Shown here piece after piece: positions 20,610-34,100 of a DNA stretch of 64,000 nt. This DNA is from Minutocellus sp. GHC0000111. Taxonomy: Eukaryota. The notes beneath the pieces are model-generated. The model had not been told where the DNA came from, made no database searches, and worked only from the letters and a program-made list of their open reading frames with translations. The stretch covers positions 3,286,001 through 3,350,000 of the forward strand of contig OZ361257.1 in NCBI GenBank assembly GCA_977018835.1. The letters run 5' to 3'. The position numbers were made by a program, and so were the translations under genes. Positions within the stretch are counted from its first letter, which is position 1. Every line of letters begins with the position of its first letter.

Positions 20610-23600
20610 ATGCAGCAAGAGCAAGAGCAAGCAGCCGTAGTGCCGCCGGTCCTGGATGGCGCTGCGTGCTCTCCTGCGTGCTCTCCTACGTGCTCTCCTG
20701 CGAACGCCACAACCTCCAGTGCAATGCCAGCGGTAGGAGGCCGGTCCCTGCCCCTCTACACTCCCGAGGACAACGACCATCTGTCGCCCCTCGTCTGCCT
20801 TGTGCGGTGTCAGCTCGAACTCTTCTCGGCTACACCCGAAGACGTCCGGGCCCGGTCCAACGTCCGGGGCAACATCGCCAAGAACATCACCGTGGGGAGG
20901 GTGGGCATCCGCTGCGTCCACTGCGCTGCCGCCGCTGCGAGAGGGGGGGGCGGCGGCGGTGCTCGGGGAGGCGTAGGCAGCAGCAAGGGCAGCGTCAGCT
21001 ACCCTGCCTCCATCCGCGTACTCAATCAGGCCGTGCGGAATTGGCAGCGCTATCACTACCCAACGTGTCCCTACATGCCGCAGGTGGTGCGGGAGCGGTA
21101 CGAAAGCCTCACCAGCGGGCGGAGGTCTGTGTCGTCGGCACGGAGTCAGGAGTACTGGGTCCGGCGCTGTTACGAGGTCGGGCTCGTCGACGCCGGGGAG
21201 GAGGACGTGGGTATTTTTTTCGAGGATGAAGCTCGACAACTGGGTCTGACTGTTCGGAGGCAGCCACAGTCACCGCCGCCATTCACACCAACACAACCGA
21301 CACCACCGCCAATGGCAAAGGCGGCTACTACCGATAGGAACCGAGAAAGTGATCATGACAGTCGAACACACAAACAAGGGAAGTCTGAGCGGGGTGGGGC
21401 CGCTGAGACAGCAAGTCAGGAGACATGTGAAACGGCAAGTCAGGAGACGCCGAGCGAACCGTCCACGGAAGCAACGCTGCATGCTGATCACGATAGGAGC
21501 GGAATGACGTCAGGTAAAGACTTGGAGGACGAAATGCTCGCAGATTTAGCCATCTTGATGGGTGATGATGCTGGTCCTGGTGCTGGTGCTGACTTTAGTG
21601 GTATCAATGAGATCGGTTTCAGGAGTACGCCCAGTAGTACGCCTCGCGAGCAGACAGCGTTGACATTTGGGCCACTAGCGCCATTGCAACCAGTACAGAA
21701 CAGCATAGGCGGTGATCCAGTCCACATTTCCTATGGTATCTCTTCTGATCTTGCAACTGTTGCCTCGAATGCTGGTGGGCGTGGGCGCAGTCAACAACAA
21801 CAACAACAACAACAACTTTTATCGAAACTGCAGTTTGTGCTACAAATCGTGGAAACCCTGCGAATGAAGCACTCCAAAGCACCTGTTGAGACAGCTCATC
21901 GGATGAGAGTGGAAGAAGATTTGCATTCTCTTGGGAAAGAAAATGGATGATATGCAATGGGCCGATAGTGAGAGCCTGGACCTTTTCGGGGCATTTTTAT
22001 CAGACACAAGCATCAGTCCCATCCTCTTTGTGGGGTGCTATCGAGAAGAAGAAGTACAAGGAAACCACCCATTGCTGAACACTTTAGGTGAAGTATCACT
22101 CTCCGGTATCTCGACCTGGAACCTATTCACCGAAAATTTGATGAAGGAGGATGTCAATGAGCTTCTTGCCGACACATTTCACCTCTTGCCCCGCATTACT
22201 GCACCGCTTGCCGAGGAAATCTATCGAAAGAGTAGAGGAAATGCACTCTTTGTGCAGCAGCTACTGAGGTCGCTATTCGACGAGCACTTATTGCGATATT
22301 CTGCGGAGGCACGCCGGTGGGAATGGAATCTAAATGCCATTAGTCGCAAAAATATCCCAGATTCGGCGGTCGGCTTGGTGCTGGAGAGAATGAAGGAATA
22401 CGGCGCTGGAGTCCAGGCCCTCTTGAAGGTTGCAGCTCTCCTTGGTACCCGATTTGACGCATCAACTCTAAAGCTTTTTCATTCTGGAAGTGAGGGCGGC
22501 GGCGATGGCTCTGCAATTCTTCCCTACATCGACACGATTGTCTCCGATGGTCTTTTCGTTCTCGATGGTTTCTCCTACCGCTTCGCCCATGACCAACTAT
22601 GGCAGGCTGCATACTCCCTCACTGATGAGGAGGATCGTGAAAAGGCCCACCTGTTTATCGGCCGACAATTGCTCCGTGGCTTAAAACGATCCAATAATGT
22701 TTATGCCCTCGAAGAGCATCTGCACCAAATTGTGGACCAATTGAACCGTGGTCAAGCCCAGATTTTTGACAAAGCTTGGAAGTTGAAGCTAGCGGAACTG
22801 AACTTACAGGCCGGGAGAATGTCTGTGACATCCTGCAACTTCATACAAGCATCGATATATTTGCTACAGGGATGTCTGCAATTTTGCGACCAAGACTGGG
22901 AAGGCCACTATGATCTAGCATTACAGCTGTTTACGGCGTGCGCTGAAGTCCAGGTTGCCCATGGTGATAATGACGGTGCTATATTCGCTGCCAACGCTGT
23001 CCTTTCGCGGGGCAGAACTTTCAATGACAAGCTTCGGGCGTATCATGCCTTAATTTTGGCCTTGGTTGCAAAGGCTGATATGGATGATGCTCTATCCCAT
23101 TGCTTGGTTGTTTTGGAGGGGCTTGGCGAGGCCTTTCCGTCGGTCGCTGATATTGATCCAACGAGGATAAAGACAGAGCTGGATGAAACCACGCGGGCAC
23201 TTTCGACACTTCGACTGGAAGATATCACAAGTCGGCCCGCTCCTTCCAATGATGCTACCGACGCCAAAATGCGTTTCCTCTTGGCTGCCTCTCGCATCAC
23301 CTACAGCAGCAGCCCAAATTTATTTATACTGTTGTCTCTTCGCATGGTGAAAATTACAATGGAAAATGGCATTACTCCAGAATCCTCCTTTGCATTTGGT
23401 GCTCTGGCAAATGTACTCTGCGGTATGAAATTTCGTGATCAATCTGTCTTCTGTGGCCGAGTGGCACTTGCCTTGCTCAACCTCTTCCATGACAAGCACT
23501 CGCAGGTTGTTCACTTGGCTCTAAACTACTCTATTCATCCCTATAGAAGCCCGGCCCAGGCTTGTCTTGACTCGTCTGAACAAGCTTATTCCCACGGCAT

Positions 23601-24525
23601 GTCTGTTGGTGATCCTGACTGGGCATATCTCAATGTTGCATGTGCTGTTCCTATGAACATCTTCGCTCCTAATTCGAGTACTAAGCTGGGCGAAGTGAGG
23701 TCAAAGTTAGAGGGATATGTTCAGGAGCTGAAGCAATACAAACATCACATGATTGGGTTCGTCCAGATCTTCCTGCAAGCATTGATCAATTTCATGTCCA
23801 ATCCAAGTCCAAAGCAGGGCAATCAAGATCCGAGCGTGTTGACTGGAGAGATTATGAGTCAAGAAAATGTGCTTGCAATGGCACGAAAGAGTCTTCCTCC
23901 TACCGGTGGCAGCGGAGGCAGAAGAGACGTCGAATCATGCCCTTACCCTTTGCGAACCCAAAGGAGGATATTCTTTTATCGTTTGTGGCTGGCACTGGCG
24001 TATCGTAAATATGACACTGCCATGGAGATGGCCGACTTGGTCCATCAGAATGTTGCATCGAGCACATTCTACCCATCCTTTGAGCTTGTCCTCGAGATCT
24101 TCTACCTGGGCCTTGCGGCAAATACCATCGTTCGCCGGTGCGGTGGCAGCGACAACAAGTGGTTGATTATCGCAAATGACATGACGAAGCGAATGAGGGT
24201 ATTGGCAGACACTGAATGCGCTTGGAACTTTCGCCAAAAGTATGAACTTCTCCGTGCCGAGCTGGCCTATACCACTGGCAAAATAGAGACGGCGATAATA
24301 GCGTATGATCTGGCCATCCAGAAAGCAGAGGAACATAGATTCATCAACGAGCAAGCTTTGGCCAGCGAATTGGCGGGATTATTTTATATGGAGCAGGACC
24401 AGCTTGGACACGCGACGAAGTATCTGCATCTTGCGGAGAGTCTCTATCGAAATTGGGGGGCTCAGAGAAAAGCGGATGATGTGCATTGCCTGCTTCAAGA
24501 GGTCGCAGATCGCTCAAATTCGTAG
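20610..24525 (+). pseudogene. Cys/His N-terminal domain joined out of frame to the C-terminal part of a STAND-like (COG3899-type) ATPase/helical-repeat protein; Walker A region missing
   Basis: ORF 20610-21950: LSPLVCLVR.QLELFSAT..GRVGIRCVHC..YP..NWQRYH..CP, ending EDLHSLGK. ORF from 21943 starts at Walker B MDDMQWAD, then VGCYR, SRGNALFV.QLL, YRFAHDQL, FINEQALASE.AG, Y.NWGA.RK. Confidence 0.6.
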
Positions 24526-25163
24526 ATTCAACTGGTAGTAGCTAGTTTAGTACCGGTAGGTGTACCTAGGTAGAGAGCTACGTGTACTCAGTGTCGATGT
24601 AGATCCTACAAGCCGTGTGCGTTCGGTCCAGAGGCCGTTGACTCTCTTTGCTTCCTTTTTTATCTCTTTTACTGCAGCACTTTTACTTTTTCATCTATCT
24701 CAGCCACACCTGCAAAGCAAACGATGACTGACCAGTGTCAATCAATGCTGAGCATTAGTAGTTCTCCCTTTGTCGTATTCGATCAAGCAACCTTGCTCTT
24801 GTCTCAACTGGCCGTATTATTTGTGATACGAGGCGGTTGACAGTGGTGACTTCTCCCTAGCTTCCCGCCCCATCGGCGCCGCACCACTGCATTTTTTCTC
24901 CGTGCTCAACACGCTGACACGAGTTGACCGATCATCTCAAGTGCTCACTGTATTTGCTAATTGCTTGCTTGCGGCATTTCAGATGCCCGTGCTTCGCTGG
25001 CTCAATCATTTCGTGCATTTCAGATACCCATTCTTCACTGGTTTAATTATTTTCGTGAGGGATAAGTTCCCTGTCTTGTGTTGGTCGGTCTTTTCAGTAG
25101 TGTACCGTATCCGCCGTTGCACACGCCCTTGCCCTCAATCATCACATCGTCGCACTCATCATC

Positions 25164-28100
25164 ATGTTCGAGTCGTACTTGACCAATCTCCTCTCGACTC
25201 ACTTTGGTCACCTCTTCACCAACATCTCCCGGGACAATGTTTCCATCTCGGCCTGGCGCGGGGAGGTTGTCCTCAAGGATTTGGGCATTCGTAGGGAGGC
25301 GCTGCAGGTGTTGCTTGGGGCACGAGATGGCACTGATGCTGCTGCCGGGCGGAACGAGGACGATGATGGATACGTCGACGATTCGGACGATGATGGTGGC
25401 ATTGGTGATGCAGATGGTGACGACGAGATGTTCCTCCGGACGCCAACCTTGGCCAGCGGCGAGTCGGATATTGAAATGGAGGAGGATGGTGGACGGCACG
25501 ATGCAGACAGCAGCAATCCGGCGACAGCGAAATGTCCCTTTCAGATCGAGCATGGCACCATCGGGACATTCGAATTGAATATTCCATGGTCGGTATTGCG
25601 TCGGAGGAGTGCAACTGCGGCCGACGGGTCTAGTAGTGGTGGTGGTGCCGCTGGAGGTGGAAGTGACGACCCCGACAATGATCGCAATGAGAGTGAGCTG
25701 AGCGGATGCTCTCTCGTTCTCACCGACGTCAACATTCTCATCACTCCAACATTGGATCGTCACCGCAATACTGATGGTAGAGGCAAGAGAAGGCGGGGGA
25801 GAAAACAGCGAAGACAGGGTGGCGCTACTGATGCTGACCATATTCGCAACCTTGACGCGATACGATGTAGGAGGGAGAGCTCGGTTCAGGAACTTTTGCA
25901 AGAGGTACTGCTCCGACAGTCGGTAACTTCTGACGGTGAAAGCATCTCTGCTGCCGGTGAGACAGAGCCAAAAGGTGGTGATGAGGGAGGTAGACGCAAA
26001 GCTTGGATTGGGAGTCTAACAGCTTCCATTCTATCATCGCTTACAGTGACGGTTCGAAATGTCCATATCCGTTACGAAGATCCAGGTACGGTTCCAGCAT
26101 TCGGCACGCTAAGTTCCTTTCTTTCAACGAAACCTCAATCGTTAAGTCGTTTGAATCATCCATCCATGAAGAGCTTTCGTTCGTTTGAAGATACTCGAGG
26201 GAGGGAGCAGAATCAGCATCGCCCACCATTTGCTGTCGGAATAGAGCTTGAATCTTTTCTGATCAAGAACACCTCGATGGCTCCGCCAAAAGAGGAAGAT
26301 TTGTTCCAAATTAAGAGCGATGTTGGGGGCAGAGATGAGTCAATTACTGGCGAGATGAGGCAAGATAATCTACCCGATGCGATCCCTGCTCATTGTGCAC
26401 GGCATAAGCTTGCCTCTGCAACTGATCTCTCCGCGTATTGGGATTCAGGTGAAGAACTCATGTGCATGCGAGCCGAGGAGCTTCGGAAGAGGGCCAAGAG
26501 ACGTCGGCCTTGGGATGATCACGAAACGAAAAAGAGCGATGTTGACAAAGTTGCCAGTGATGTTACCAGGAACTATGGTTCTATGTTTGCAACAATTGCA
26601 AAATCTGACAGAGCAATTGTCACAGACTCCCGAAAAGACTCCAACTCGATCGATTCCGAACTGCCGCTGGAAGACTTTTTGCCTTCGCCCCACACATATG
26701 TTATTCAGCCCATATCTGCCTCATTGCATTTCACAATGATAAGTGCTGGTGATGATTCCACCAACAATACGGACTCTTCGGGAGCTGATAAAGTCGATGC
26801 TGTATACTCGCCTCAGCTGGGATCATCTCATGGCACTGAATCTACGTGTAGAGCTGAAGTCTCGACTGAAGGTGGTCCATTGCCTCCGTCTCGTGCAGTT
26901 TTGACGATCCCCTCGTGTCACATTGTTCTGGCTAAATCAACCCTTGAAGACATTGCGTATATTCGTCATTCTGTGTCGGTTTGGCAACATATTAAGAGCG
27001 GTCTATTGACAGAAACTATCTTTATGCAGCTGACCAAACTTCGACCAACGCGGAGCGTTCGGGATGATCCTAGGGCGTGGTGGTTATATGCCTCAAAAGC
27101 GATAAGGGTGATGTCGCAATTGAGTATTAATTCGAAGGATGGGCGACAGAATTCTGTTGTGTCAGCATCCGCGTCTACTCAATCGCATCGAAGATGGCGG
27201 AAGGGTTGGATCGGAATGGCACAGATGCTTGCTTGTCGTCGACGATATACGGCTCTTTACGAAAAGTTCCTCTCCGAAGACAGTTCTGAGCAGGAGAAGG
27301 AAGAATGTCACAGAACACTTCTAGAACTTGAAGATGGGTTGACGTCAAAAGAGATCGTGGCTTTTCGCATGTACCTTCCTTCTGTACTTGATGAGAAAAG
27401 TATGCAGGTAATCAAAGGATCGACTGTTGTAAAGAAGAATGTGCCGGACGATGATACAGGGGGTACTAGTAGAGATACCATCATTTCCTCGGTAGCAAGA
27501 AAACAAGCATGGGATGAAATGCTGCTCGCCATTTCCGAGGTCGGATGGTTCTTTGATTCTGAAATGGACAACACTGGAGAAAGTCGGACTGATGGTGCTG
27601 ATTCAGATGGGTCGCATCGGACGATTTCCTCTTCTCTTGAATCAAAGCTGGAGGTGGCGATTATTTTTTCCGGCTTATCGCTCGAGGCGCTTGATGATAA
27701 CGCATGTCTTACTAGGAAGCATCCTACCTCTCGTTCCGATTCTCGTCTCCGGCCAATCGTTCGTTTGGTATGCACAACGGTGAAGAGGTACAAACTTTAT
27801 TGCAACGGTTCGTGGGAGGCCAGCAGCATTCTCTCTGGTTTAGAGGTCATTGATTTGTTTACACCAGTATCCGATGAAAGTTTTGGAAATTTCCGTTTAC
27901 TTGGTGAGAAAAAAGTCGTTGAGAAACATTCTACTCCAACTGCACCCACTGGAGTGGGTTCCCTTTCAATCGGCAAGAAGCATTTTCCTCTCTCAGGAAG
28001 CATATCCATTCGGAAAGTCATTGAGCTGGACTCATCGACGTCGGGTACCATTGGCTCGTCTCCCTCCCTCGTGATGGAAACGACATTTGTCGATGCTCGC

Positions 28101-31100
28101 CTTGCTCCTCTAGAAGCAATGTACTCGACGAGCATAGCCCAGGCACTATCACACTTTTTTAACACGGCCAAAACTTCAGAACTTTCTCAGGACTACCAAA
28201 GGATGGCTGTGGTTGTTGCCAATTGGCAGCAAAGGCAGAGAGAACGACTGATGCAAGCCCTATCCGAACAGGAAAAAAGATTCTGTGTCAATATCGATGT
28301 GTCTGCCCCTGTATTGATTATACCTCAGTACTTAGATCGTGACGAAGACTGTCCTGCGTTGGTAATTGATCTTGGTCATCTCACCTTTGTCGATGCAAAT
28401 GGAGAAAACAGCGAGCTTGGAGATGACACTTGGAAGCTTACGGTATCAGATATTCAGGTATTATCATTTGCCTCACTTAAGTTCAATCGGTCTGAGGACG
28501 ACCTTGGTCATCCCCTTGTTGAGCCGTTTGGTCTTGACTTTGCTATTACGACGTCCTTTGGTAGCCAGTCCACTCGGATAGGCGTTCGAGCGAATATGCC
28601 CAGGCTTGTTTTTAACTTTACGTCGTCTGCAGTCCGTCTCGTCTGAGTGTGCAGTGGGATAGAACCAAACAAGAACGAGTGAGGTCGGCTCAGCCCATCG
28701 TCCCTACTCCAACAGCCGTTGCTGAATCCTCAGTTGTCCATGTAGGTGTCGGCACCGGTAGCAAACCATCTGGCGTCGCGACAAATCGACGCAAGAGATT
28801 CGATTCTTCGAGAACAACAGTCGTTCAATTTGACTTTGCCGCCCCCTTTGTTGCAATCTCTCTCAGCAACGATGCTGATGATACTACGTCAGTACCTCTT
28901 ATCTTTCTTGTGATGCGCGGTATAAGTGGACACCGTACGAGCAATAAAGTCGAAGGCGTGTCGTCAAAGACCGTCTTCGCGGCCAAGCTGAAGTCTCTTC
29001 ATGCCATTGATTTTTATCAGCGTGCTGGTATCGAGTATTCTCTCCTCTTGTCGTCTCAACATCCCGACCCCTTATATGTGAAATATCCAGGAGAATTTAT
29101 TAGCGGTGAAACTCGACTTTGTTCTGGAACTGTTCTTGATCAATGGCTGGAATCATTTGTTTTAGAACATGACGGAGTAGGCAATTATGATCTCGTGACA
29201 ATATCCCACGAAGATGTGAAGACCTTGGCTATCGATTCTCCTTCTCACACGTCCGTTGCCGATACTCAAGAGGAAGACGGGAGCAAATTCGTCATTGGTT
29301 TCAATGAGCTCTATGTCGAATGGAATCCAGAAACAATAGCCGCCATGCAAACAGCCATGAGATTGCCCATCGCAGAGCGGATTGATCTCCTCTCACAAAA
29401 GTTGCCAACTCAGACAGATTTATCCGACGACCATATCTATACCCCCGATGCTTCGGTTGCTGGTGACGGCCTGCAAAATGATAGGGATGATGCCAACACT
29501 TCTATTTCAGACGACTTCTACGATGCACTTGAGTATGAGGATGAGATTGAAGAGTTTCATGAAAGCCGAGGAATAGGTACCCCAAAACCTCATGGCCAAA
29601 AGACCGACAATGTCATATTTTTTACGTTGCCAACTGATGCAAGAGGGGCTAGTGAGTTTATGTGATGCGATGCTTGCCGCCATTTCAATTTGTGTTTCGA
29701 CTTTGAATTTTTCTTTTATCTTACACGGTCTTTCTCCCGTCGTCATCACTTTGTCAGTCTCTCCGCTCAAATCTTCTGCGTATCTTACACAGTCGAATGT
29801 GATTGATTCTCCCGAGCTTGGGAGTTGAAAGGCTCCGCCACTTATTTCCGACTTTCGTGGGCTGATCGATGATAGTAAAATGGACGCCGAGCACGACCCC
29901 AATGCCATCATCCAAGCAGCAGAACAAGTTCGTCCTTTTCGCTTTGAATTTGCCCTGTCGAAGTTACGAGTTCGCTTCAACAAGGAGTCTAGATATCGTC
30001 GATTAATTACAGCTGAGATGGACAAAACCCACTTGTGCTATTCGACAAAGGAAAAGGGTGGAATTCGAGCAGATGCATCTATTGGAAACTTTTCCCTTCT
30101 TGATCCAGCCGCTGCACGTGGTGATACTTTATATGGCCGTATACTTGGCCTCAAGACGGATCTACCCGATACATCATCACTGTGGAAAATCAAGTATGAA
30201 ACATTTCCTCGTCAAAAGGGATCATCAGAAGAGAGAGTAACAGCGTCGTCGGACTCAGAAATGACCTCAGCTGTTGTTGATAGCGAGAAAGGCTTTGTTT
30301 ATGGATGCGATACTTCCGTGGAACTTGTCTTCAGTCCGATGCGATTCGTCTACCTCCAGCAGCTCTGGCTGGAAATTACAGATTATTTCTTCGAGGGCAT
30401 TGTCGGCTACGAGGTCTGGGGGAAACTAAGACCAGATAAGGACATGGAACAAATCAATCGAGTCCGCACACAGAAGACTGTAGAAGGTCAGCAAACTAAT
30501 TCCGCAGGATCCCATTTACGGGAACATCCAAATGACTCTGACGGCAATGATTTTATTCTTGGCTCAGATGCTGCCGGTCTCAGTTTCCTACGATTTGAAA
30601 TGAAGATGGACTCGCCCATCATCATCCTCCCTGTGTCGTATCGCTCTCCTCATCATATGCGCATCTCTCTTGGCAACATGGCCTGTACCAATTGGTTTTG
30701 TGGTCATGTAGAGGTCGAGGAGGAGGAAAACGATAAGGATACCGGCAACGAAGGGCTGAGAATGCAGTGGTACAACAATTGTCGTGTGAGCTTTAAAGAC
30801 TTCTCCTTGACTGACTGGGAAGAGACATCCCTTACCACCAGTGATGATCGTACGGTGGGGATGCAGATTCATGTCAAATGGCCAATCGGTCCGACCGCTC
30901 CAAAAGTAATTCCCAAGTGGAATGTCAAGTGGTCCATAGACCCGATTCACTTTCGTCTTCGTCGAGCTGATTATGCCCTATTTCAGCATTTCATATACTA
31001 CAATGTTGGAGAAGAGTCGCGGCATCTTGACGAGTGGAATGCACTGCAAGGCCTGTCTTCAGAAGAGTTACATGCCTATAAGGAGAGTATTGCTGTTCAC

Positions 31101-34100
31101 TTTGGGTATGATAAGAAAGATGGCCCTCACACAACATACTTCATCCAAATCGAATGCGATCGATTCATCATTGATCTGGCAGCTTCGGACGGGAAAAAAA
31201 CCAACAGTAACGGCGGTGATGTGGGGCAAATATCTTGTGCCAATCTAAATTGGTCAATGAAGAAGCTGACTGATCGCATTACCAAACAACGTCTGACCTG
31301 CGGCTGTATAACTTTGGAGCAATCGAGCGGAATTCCCGAGTACAGTGGCTTTAGGAAGCTATTACTGCCTTTGCAGGAGGCGCACTCAGAGGCCATGGGT
31401 GAAACCAACGATACCGACCACCACCCGGATCAGCAATCAGAACTCGTCTATGAGTCCACGTCGCGCCCAAATGGTGACAACGTCAAAAGTCTTTGGATTT
31501 ACGATGCTTGCATTTATTTTATATATGGCGCCTTCATGCATGTAAAAGATTTCTTCAGTAACCTACCAGATCCGGAAGTATGGACGAGAGATGACATATC
31601 TTCGTCCATGCAGATAGGGGATCGCTGGTATCGAATTGGTGGGGGCGGTGGAGGGAAGCAAGCAGACTTTTCCAGGCATCAGCCTAGCCCAGAACACCGG
31701 CCCTCTGCTGGATCTGATTGCCAACCTCTCTATCAATTTCGTCTACTGGTATCACCACGTATTGTCCTCGTCTCAGACCCATCCCTTGCTTCTTGCCAAG
31801 CAGTTACCCTGAAGCTATCCCATCTTGATTACTTCTACGAGAATCATCAAGCTACGAAAACGCTGTCTCGGTGCTTTTTTGTCGATGGGATGGAATTATT
31901 TACTGGTCTCGCTAGTGCTCCAACTAATGTCAGCAATCTCACCTCGGAAAATTCATTGATTCATCCTCTTTGCGTTTCGTTTACTACTGAGAGGGTGGAA
32001 TCTACTGGGACAACGCAAAGTAACACAAAGATAGCCACGGATGTGGTCAGAGCTCGCGCAGCGTACACCTATTTGGACTTGGCGGCCGATGTATTTCTTG
32101 CTCTCACGCAAGATTTGCATGGGAGTGGCAAGAAAACGGATGTGGTAGATGAAACAAACAATGTCATGAGTAAAGATGGAGATCCAGAAAAGACGAAGGC
32201 TCAGTCTACTAGCGCCCATCAAAAGTCAGACAGCGGTATTACTCAGACAAGTTTCAGTGTTGTGTGCGCTGGCTTTGATCTCCTCGTCATTGACGACAGC
32301 AAACGACATTTTGCTAACGCACAAAAACTAATGGAACTATCGCTGGGAGAGATGAAATTTCTTCGGCGGCCGCGTCACGATGTGACGATGAATCAAATGG
32401 CTGACCATTTTGGTTCTGATACTGGTTTTCTGGTGGAGTCTGCTTTTGGTCTGAAAGATCTTGTTTTGAAGGATCACTTGCAGCCAAAGCGATCACGATT
32501 CCGTTGTGTAGCGAGTTCTTCGACACGAGCTGAAGATGAGGATCAACTGAAAGAAAGTGATGGCACAGCGAATACCATGCAATGGGAATCACATGCCATG
32601 ATAGATGATCCAACATGGGGGTTCCAAATCTCACCCGATGTGCTCCGACAGTGTAATTTTGACCTTTCAGGGAACGAGCCACATTGGTTGTCCATCAGAC
32701 AAATGATGTCGGAGGACCAGCTGAAAGTCAACTATAAGGTGGAGATGGGAGCCTTTAACGTTCAATGGAATCCATCGACTGTGATTGCCATGCAGCGATT
32801 CCTTGGACGTTTCAAGAAAGCCAGCAAGATGAAGGTAGCGTCGATATCGAATATGGTTTTGCAGAAACCAGCTCAGAAAGATTCTTCTCACAATGAGCAG
32901 ACCGCCCGCCTTGGCATAGACCTGAGAGTTCAGCTTAACATTGAGTTGATTTCTCTTTGTTTGAATAAGGAGAACCAAGATCGAAGGCTTGTGAAGACTT
33001 CGATCTCCCTTATCAGAATTACGCTCCGTCGCGACTCCCGCAAGTCGTCTGACATCCAAGGGATTATTGGTGATGTTTCTGCATGGGATTCGGACATTGT
33101 TGCACCAATTCACGAAAGTAACCGGCAAATCTTGGCGACACTGAAGGGGAAGGAGCCCACCGCGACGAATGATTACTTTCTATCATTCCATTATCGCTCT
33201 TTCAAAGAGCAACAGAGTCATCAGACACTTCTTGGTCTACGATCGGAACTACCTAAATGGGTCCATTCTTCCATCGTTAGCGGGGCTGCAGATGGTGGTG
33301 ATGACATTGATTACTTTCTCAGTGTTGAGTTTGCATCGTTGAAGATGATTCACTTGCGAGAACGGACCGAGGAGATACTTGATTATCTCTCCAATGGACT
33401 GCCCGTGAGTGTATCCTGTACCAGGTACTTTTGCTCCGATCACTATTTTCAAATATATAGCAATTGTCCTTGACTTTTTGTGCCTACCTCTAACAGTCTC
33501 CTCCGTCTTATTTATCTTTTGGTTTGACATCTCCATTATCCTTCACAATGCAATAGGGCAAAGGCATGGGTGTGACCTCAGCTGTTGCAAAGGGCTTCAT
33601 CAAGGAGAGGATGAAAACGAGGAGTTTTCTCCAAGTTCATGTTGCAAGTCCTCATTTGTTTTCTCCAAGACATCGGCTTTCGGAGGAGGGCCTTGCAATT
33701 CAGCTCGGCGACGTAGACGTTAAAAGCTGGTTCGAAGAAAGAAATAGTGAGGACGTTGAATCTCTGGGGTGCGATGAAATCATGAGTTCTACCATGCCGA
33801 ATGGCGACAATAGCCGCTCAAATGACATGGACTGGTATCGAGTCCTAAGTCTTGATGTATCTGGACTTGGTTGGGAGGCGATAAGGACTCAGTCTCGGCA
33901 AGTCGAGAAATCGCTTCACGATCCAATTAATTTGCGGCTTTCCCTGTTTAAGCCCTCGTGGTATTCAAATTCTATTGTTGTGAGGGGGAATTTGACTCAC
34001 ATTGAGTATGCACTGAGATACACCGATTTTACACTCCTGAACGAGGTAGTGAAATACAATCTTGGCAAGAGTGTCGATAGAAGCTCCTGGGACAATGTCG

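Noticed and set aside
20664..20702. 12-bp tandem repeat (ACSP/TCSP x3)
   Set aside because: Small coding slippage repeat with no further structure.
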